NCBI GenBank assembly: GCA_963848295.1
Contig: CAWKDB010000002.1
Location: 960,001 to 1,024,000 of the forward strand
Source of the DNA: an uncultured delta proteobacterium
GTDB taxonomy: Bacteria; Myxococcota_A; Polyangia; Haliangiales; Haliangiaceae
Length of the DNA stretch: 64,000 nucleotides
Reading direction: 5' to 3'
Within the stretch, counting starts at the first letter, position 1. Each line of letters starts with the position of its first letter. The notes below the pieces were generated by a model. The model saw only the letters and a list, made by a program, of their open reading frames with translations. It was not told the DNA's origin and searched no databases. This document shows positions 59,597 to 64,000 of the stretch, one piece after another. Made by a program: the position numbers and the translations under genes.

Positions 59597-59643
59597 GCGC
59601 GACGTAAGTGGCCAGATCGGCTCGGCTCGCCGACGCCTCGGCT

Positions 59644-59661
59644 CTTTACGGTTTCTTTACG
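59644..59661 (+). promoter_or_regulatory. Putative KdpE-binding direct repeat
   Basis: CTTTACG-GTTT-CTTTACG (11-bp period), resembling the E. coli KdpE site TTTATA-N5-TTTACA; 31 nt before the APC gene. Confidence 0.65.
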
Positions 59662-59692
59662 CCGACACGCATACAGCTCGAGACAGCAGCTC

Positions 59693-61720
59693 ATGCGCGC
59701 CTGGGCACAGCGGCTTCTCGGCCGTGCACGCGACCTCCGCGATCCTCACGTCTTCCACCAGATGAGCCTGGTCGCGTTCCTGGCGTGGGTCGGCCTCGGC
59801 GCGGACGGCCTCAGCTCGTCGTCGTACGGCCCCGAGGAGGCGTTCAAGGCGATCGGCTCGTGGCACCCGGAGGGATGCTACGAAAACGCCGCGATCCTCG
59901 CCAAGGACTGCCACTTCAGTCCCGACCACGCATACCTCGCGGTGTTCCTCGCCGGCGCGATCGCGGCGACCGTGTTCATCATCTCGTGGAGCTATCGCCG
60001 GATCATCGAAGAGTTCCCGCATGGCGGCGGCGGTTACATCGTCGCGAGCAAGCACCTCGGGCCGTACGTCGGCGCGCTATCGGGCTCGGCGTTGCTCGTC
60101 GACTACGTTCTGACGATCGCGATCTCGCTCGCGTCCGGCGCCGACGCGATCCTGACGTTCGTACCGAGCCTGCTGCCCTACAAGATCGAGATCGTGCTCG
60201 CACTGCTCGCGGTGCTGACGCTGATGAACCTGCGCGGCATCAAGGAGTCGGTCACGATCCTGATGCCGATCTTTCTCGCCTTCCTCGTCACTCACGCGAT
60301 CTTGATCTTCGGGGCGATCGGCACGAACCTGGACCACGCTGGCGAGATCGCGACGTCGGTCTCGGAGGGCGCGCGCAGCCATCTCAGCACCGTGGGTTTT
60401 TTGGGCGTCGCGCTCGTGTTCATGCGCGCGTTCTCGTTAGGCGGCGGCACGTTCACGGGCATCGAGGCGGTCTCGAATGGTATCGGCATCATGCGCGAGC
60501 CGCGCGTGCGCACAGCGAAGCGCACGATGCTGCTCATGGCGACATCGCTCGCGATCACCGCGAGCGGCATCCTGCTCGCGTACCTGCTGCTCCACGTCTC
60601 GCCCGAAAAGGGCAAGACGATGAACGGCCTGCTCGCCGAGAAGTTCGTCGGCGACTCGACTGCGGGGACGATCTTCATCGTGATCACGCTCGTGTCCGAA
60701 GGCGCGTTGCTGTTCGTCGCGGCGCAAGCCGGCTTCGTCGACGGTCCGCGCGTGATGGCGAACATGGCGCTCGATCAGTGGATGCCATCGCGGATGGCGG
60801 CGCTGTCCGAGCAGCTGACGATGCGCAACGGCGTCTACCTGATGGCGGCGGCCGCCGCGATCGTGCTCGCGTACACCGGAGGATCGGTCGACGCGCTCGT
60901 CGTCATGTACAGCATCAACGTGTTCATCACGTTCACGTTGTCGAACGTCGCGATGATCCGTCACGCGGCGCACGCGAAGGAAGGCAAGTGGAAGCGGGCC
61001 ATAGGCGTGCACTCGCTCGCCGCCGCGGTGTGCGCGATGATCCTGGTCGTCACGATCGTCGAGAAGTTCACCGAGGGCGGTTGGATCACGACGGTGATCA
61101 CCGCGACGCTGGTCGCCGTGTGCTTCATGATCCGCCGTCACTACAGGGCGGTCGGCGCGACGGTCGTGGCGCTGTCGAAGGAGCTCGAGCTCGGCACGCC
61201 GCCGCCCCCCGAGCTCGCGCGGAACCGAGAGCTCGACCCGAATAAGCCGACCGCGGTCGTGCTCGCGGGTGGCTACGGCGGCCTCGGCCTGCACACGCTG
61301 CTGCAGATTCCACGGGTGTTTCCCGGCCAGTTCTCGCAGGTCGTGTTCATCGCAGCAGGGGTGATCGACGCCGGCGTGTTCAAGGGCAAGGACGAGGTCG
61401 ACGCGCTCGGCGCGAAGCTCGACGGTGATCTCGACAAGTACGTCGAGTTTGCGCGCGCACACCTGGGGTGGGCCGCGGACCGCGACTCGGCGATCGGGAC
61501 CGAGGCGGTGACCGAGCTCGATCGGCTGTGCCGCGAGGTCGCGCTGCGCTTCCCGCGCTCGGTGTTCTTCGCCGGCAAGCTGATCTTCCAGGAGGAGAGC
61601 TGGTACCAGCGCTTGCTCCATAACGAGACCGCCGCGGCGGTCGAGCGCCGGCTGCAATTCGCCGGCTTGACGATGATCGTGATGCCGGTGCGGATGTTCC
61701 ACACCGCGAACCACCCTTGA
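59693..61720 (+). CDS. APC-family K+ transporter (KimA/YdaO-like) 2
   Basis: DGLSSSSYGPEE, FPHGGGGY, DYVLTIA, NLRGIKES, TGIEAVSN, LLHNET. Confidence 0.87.
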   Translation: MRAWAQRLLGRARDLRDPHVFHQMSLVAFLAWVGLGADGLSSSSYGPEEAFKAIGSWHPEGCYENAAILAKDCHFSPDHAYLAVFLAGAIAATVFIISWSYRRIIEEFPHGGGGYIVASKHLGPYVGALSGSALLVDYVLTIAISLASGADAILTFVPSLLPYKIEIVLALLAVLTLMNLRGIKESVTILMPIFLAFLVTHAILIFGAIGTNLDHAGEIATSVSEGARSHLSTVGFLGVALVFMRAFSLGGGTFTGIEAVSNGIGIMREPRVRTAKRTMLLMATSLAITASGILLAYLLLHVSPEKGKTMNGLLAEKFVGDSTAGTIFIVITLVSEGALLFVAAQAGFVDGPRVMANMALDQWMPSRMAALSEQLTMRNGVYLMAAAAAIVLAYTGGSVDALVVMYSINVFITFTLSNVAMIRHAAHAKEGKWKRAIGVHSLAAAVCAMILVVTIVEKFTEGGWITTVITATLVAVCFMIRRHYRAVGATVVALSKELELGTPPPPELARNRELDPNKPTAVVLAGGYGGLGLHTLLQIPRVFPGQFSQVVFIAAGVIDAGVFKGKDEVDALGAKLDGDLDKYVEFARAHLGWAADRDSAIGTEAVTELDRLCREVALRFPRSVFFAGKLIFQEESWYQRLLHNETAAAVERRLQFAGLTMIVMPVRMFHTANHP

Positions 61721-61734
61721 TCGAATCTTGATCG
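61716..61734 (+). promoter_or_regulatory. Second 11-bp-period direct repeat (possible KdpE box)
   Basis: CTTGATCG-AAT-CTTGATCG upstream of the small ORF, kdpD C-half and kdpE. Confidence 0.45.
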
Positions 61735-61787
61735 TGGACCTGGCGTGCTTGACGGGAAACATGCGGGAAAACGGGTACTGATGAGGC

Positions 61788-61997
61788 GTGTCGACCGAGG
61801 ATCACGAAGCCGTTACCGAGGAACGAGCCCTCGGCTACGCGCTGACCGCTGCTGGCAGCTTGCCGGTGATCGGCTGGCTCGTGCACGGTGGTGCGGCGGG
61901 CGCCGGGATCACCTTGAGCCTCGCGATGATCGTCGCCGGCATCATCGCCCTGCGGCGCGGCCGCCGGGTCGGCATCCCGCGGGCGACCCTGCGCTAG
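61788..61997 (+). CDS. Small two-TM hypothetical protein (69 aa)
   Basis: Two hydrophobic segments and a basic tail; fills the gap before the kdpD C-half. Confidence 0.55.
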   Translation: MSTEDHEAVTEERALGYALTAAGSLPVIGWLVHGGAAGAGITLSLAMIVAGIIALRRGRRVGIPRATLR

Positions 61998-62019
61998 CCC
62001 CGAGGGCGAGTGCTCGGCC

Positions 62020-63408
62020 GTGACCACCCAGAAACGCGCTACGGTGGTCGGTGTGACCGCCACTCGCCGGTTCGTGCGCTCGTACGGGATCGCGGCGCTC
62101 GGGGTCGCGGTCGCGACGATGTGTGGCTTGGTCGCGGGCTCGCGGATCACGCTAGCCGACCAGGCGATGCTGTACCTGCCGGCGATCCTGCTCGCTGCAT
62201 TCGGCGGCCGTCGGGCGAGCTTGGCGGCCGCGGTGCTGTCGGTCGGCGCGTTCGATTTCTTCTTCGTGCCGCCGCGGTTCACGTTCGCGGTGTCCGATAC
62301 CCAGTCACTGATCACGTTCGCCGTCATGTTCGGCGTCGGCGCGGCGAGCGGCGAGCTGGTGGCGCGGCTGCGCGACGCACAACAAGCGAGCCGCGACCGC
62401 GAGCTGCGCACCGCCGCTTTGCTCGAGTTCACGCGCGATGCGGCCGCGGCGACCGAGGTCGAGGACGTCGTCGCGGTCGTGATGAGCCACCTGCGCAGCG
62501 CGCTCGCGGTCGAACCGACCGTCCGGATTCCGGACGATGTGCCGCTCGACAAGCCGCTCGCGATCACGATCGAACCGGCGCTATCGGCAGATCTTCAGCG
62601 CTTCGTGCTCGCGGTGGCCCATCAAGCTGGTGTCGCGATCGGCCGCCTCCAGCTCGCGGCGGCCGCGCGCGACGCCGCGTTGCGCGTCAAGGCCGAGGAG
62701 CTGCGCAGCGCGCTGCTGTCGACGGTGTCGCACGATCTGCGCACGCCGCTCGCCGTGATCACCGGGATGGCAACCGCGCTGCGCGACGGCAACGCGCTCG
62801 GCGACGCACTCGCCCGCGAGGCGATCGACACGATCGTCGAAGAAGCGCAACGGCTGAGCCGGATCCTGACCAATCTACTGTCGATCACGAAGGTCGAGAG
62901 CGGAGCGGCTCCGCGGCGCGAGTGGGTTCCACTCGAAGAGCTCGCGGGCACCGCGCTGCATCGGCTCGAGGCGACGCTCGCCGATCATCCGGTCGCCGTC
63001 GACATCGCGCCGACCGCGCTCGCGCACGTCGACCCGATCCTCGTCGAGCAGCTGCTGATCAACCTGCTCGAGAACGCCGCGAAGCACACGCCACCGGGCA
63101 CCGCGATCGCCGTGCGCGCGAGCCGAGACGCGACGGGGGCGACGCTCGAGGTCAACGACCGCGGGCCCGGCCTGCCGTCGGTCCCACCGGCGCAGCTCTT
63201 CGACCGGTTCTTTCGCGGCGAGCGCGCGACCGCCGCCGGGGTCGGCCTCGGGCTCGCGGTGTGTCGCGGCATCGCGATCGCCCACGGCGGCCAGATCGAA
63301 GCGGCGCCGCAAGCCGGCGGTGGTGCGGTGTTTCGCGCGCACTTTCCCGATGACGGCCTGCCGCCCGATCTGTCCGGTCCCGACGAGCCGGTCGCGGAGG
63401 CGACGTGA
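62020..63408 (+). CDS. kdpD: KdpD C-terminal module (DUF4118 4-TM + short linker + histidine kinase)
   Basis: AMLYL, FDFFFVPPRFTFAVSD, ELRSALLSTVSHDLRTPL, NLLENAAKH, GLGLAVC; no KdpD or Usp domain. Confidence 0.9.
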   Translation: MTTQKRATVVGVTATRRFVRSYGIAALGVAVATMCGLVAGSRITLADQAMLYLPAILLAAFGGRRASLAAAVLSVGAFDFFFVPPRFTFAVSDTQSLITFAVMFGVGAASGELVARLRDAQQASRDRELRTAALLEFTRDAAAATEVEDVVAVVMSHLRSALAVEPTVRIPDDVPLDKPLAITIEPALSADLQRFVLAVAHQAGVAIGRLQLAAAARDAALRVKAEELRSALLSTVSHDLRTPLAVITGMATALRDGNALGDALAREAIDTIVEEAQRLSRILTNLLSITKVESGAAPRREWVPLEELAGTALHRLEATLADHPVAVDIAPTALAHVDPILVEQLLINLLENAAKHTPPGTAIAVRASRDATGATLEVNDRGPGLPSVPPAQLFDRFFRGERATAAGVGLGLAVCRGIAIAHGGQIEAAPQAGGGAVFRAHFPDDGLPPDLSGPDEPVAEAT

Positions 63409-64000
63409 CCGCGCTCGGCGAGTGCGTGCTGGTCGTCGAGGACGAAGCGCCGATGCGCAGGTTCCTGTGTCAGGCGCTGGTCAGCCACGGCTATCGCGTC
63501 GCCGAGGCCGGCTCGCTCGCGCGCGCTCACGAGGTCGCGACCGAGACCCGGCCTGCGGCGATCCTGCTCGACCTCGGCCTGCCCGACGGCGACGGGCTCG
63601 ATCTGCTGCGCACCGTGCGCGAATGGTCGACCGCGCCGGTGATCGTGCTGTCGGCGCGCGATCGCGAAGGCGACAAGGTCACCGCGCTCGACGCCGGCGC
63701 CGACGACTATCTGACCAAGCCGTTCGGCACCAGCGAGCTCCTCGCGCGCATCCGCGTCGCGCTGCGTCGAGTCCGCGGCCAAAACAAGCCCGATGACCCC
63801 ACGATCGAGATCGGCCCGATCCGGATCGATCACGCGCGCTACGAAGTATTCGTCGACGCCAAGCCGATTCACCTCACGCCGATCGAGTTTCGCCTGCTCG
63901 CGCTGCTCGCCCGCCACGCCGGCAAGGTGCTGACCCATCGCCAGCTGTTGCAGGCGGTGTGGGGCCCGCGCAGCACGCAGCACACCCACTACCTCCGCGT
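63405..64000 (+). CDS. kdpE: OmpR-family response regulator KdpE (partial)
   Basis: VLVVEDE, LDLGLPDGDG, VIVLSAR, ALDAGADDYLTKPF, HLTPIEF, GKVLTHRQLL...VWGP...HYLR; GTGA overlap with the kinase. Confidence 0.93.
   Translation, partial: MTALGECVLVVEDEAPMRRFLCQALVSHGYRVAEAGSLARAHEVATETRPAAILLDLGLPDGDGLDLLRTVREWSTAPVIVLSARDREGDKVTALDAGADDYLTKPFGTSELLARIRVALRRVRGQNKPDDPTIEIGPIRIDHARYEVFVDAKPIHLTPIEFRLLALLARHAGKVLTHRQLLQAVWGPRSTQHTHYLR

Overview
Very GC-rich, gene-dense bacterial DNA that looks myxobacterial, probably Haliangium/Kofleria-like. That assignment is an inference from the microcompartment type, the FHA-sigma54 activator, the PEGA and AgmX/PglI domains and five sigma54 activators. The window has four main parts: (i) a five-gene bacterial microcompartment locus of the Haliangium ochraceum type, with no signature enzyme (6.2-9.5 kb); (ii) housekeeping genes (pgeF, rel, gmk, yicC, rluD-like, selA, glpD, cyclophilin) mixed with two-component and sigma54 signalling genes, several of which look catalytically degenerate; (iii) a ~20 kb potassium island (43.5-64 kb) with kdpFABC, kup, two KimA-like APC transporters, two related outer-membrane barrels, an extra pre-kdpF peptide, a KdpD split into two genes 14 kb apart, KdpE, and a separate AlgB/KinB-like sigma54 pair with a -24/-12 promoter in front of the kdp operon; (iv) a family of short structured palindromic repeats with compensatory base changes, one copy of which lies in frame inside glpD. 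Many genes have a TANNNT hexamer 6-7 nt before the start codon, suggesting leaderless mRNAs. Single-base indels, mostly insertions, cluster in the BMC locus, rel and the porin-kdpAB region and are most likely long-read consensus errors. No rRNA, tRNA, CRISPR array, transposase or phage gene was seen. All family assignments come from motif recognition by eye, not database searches.
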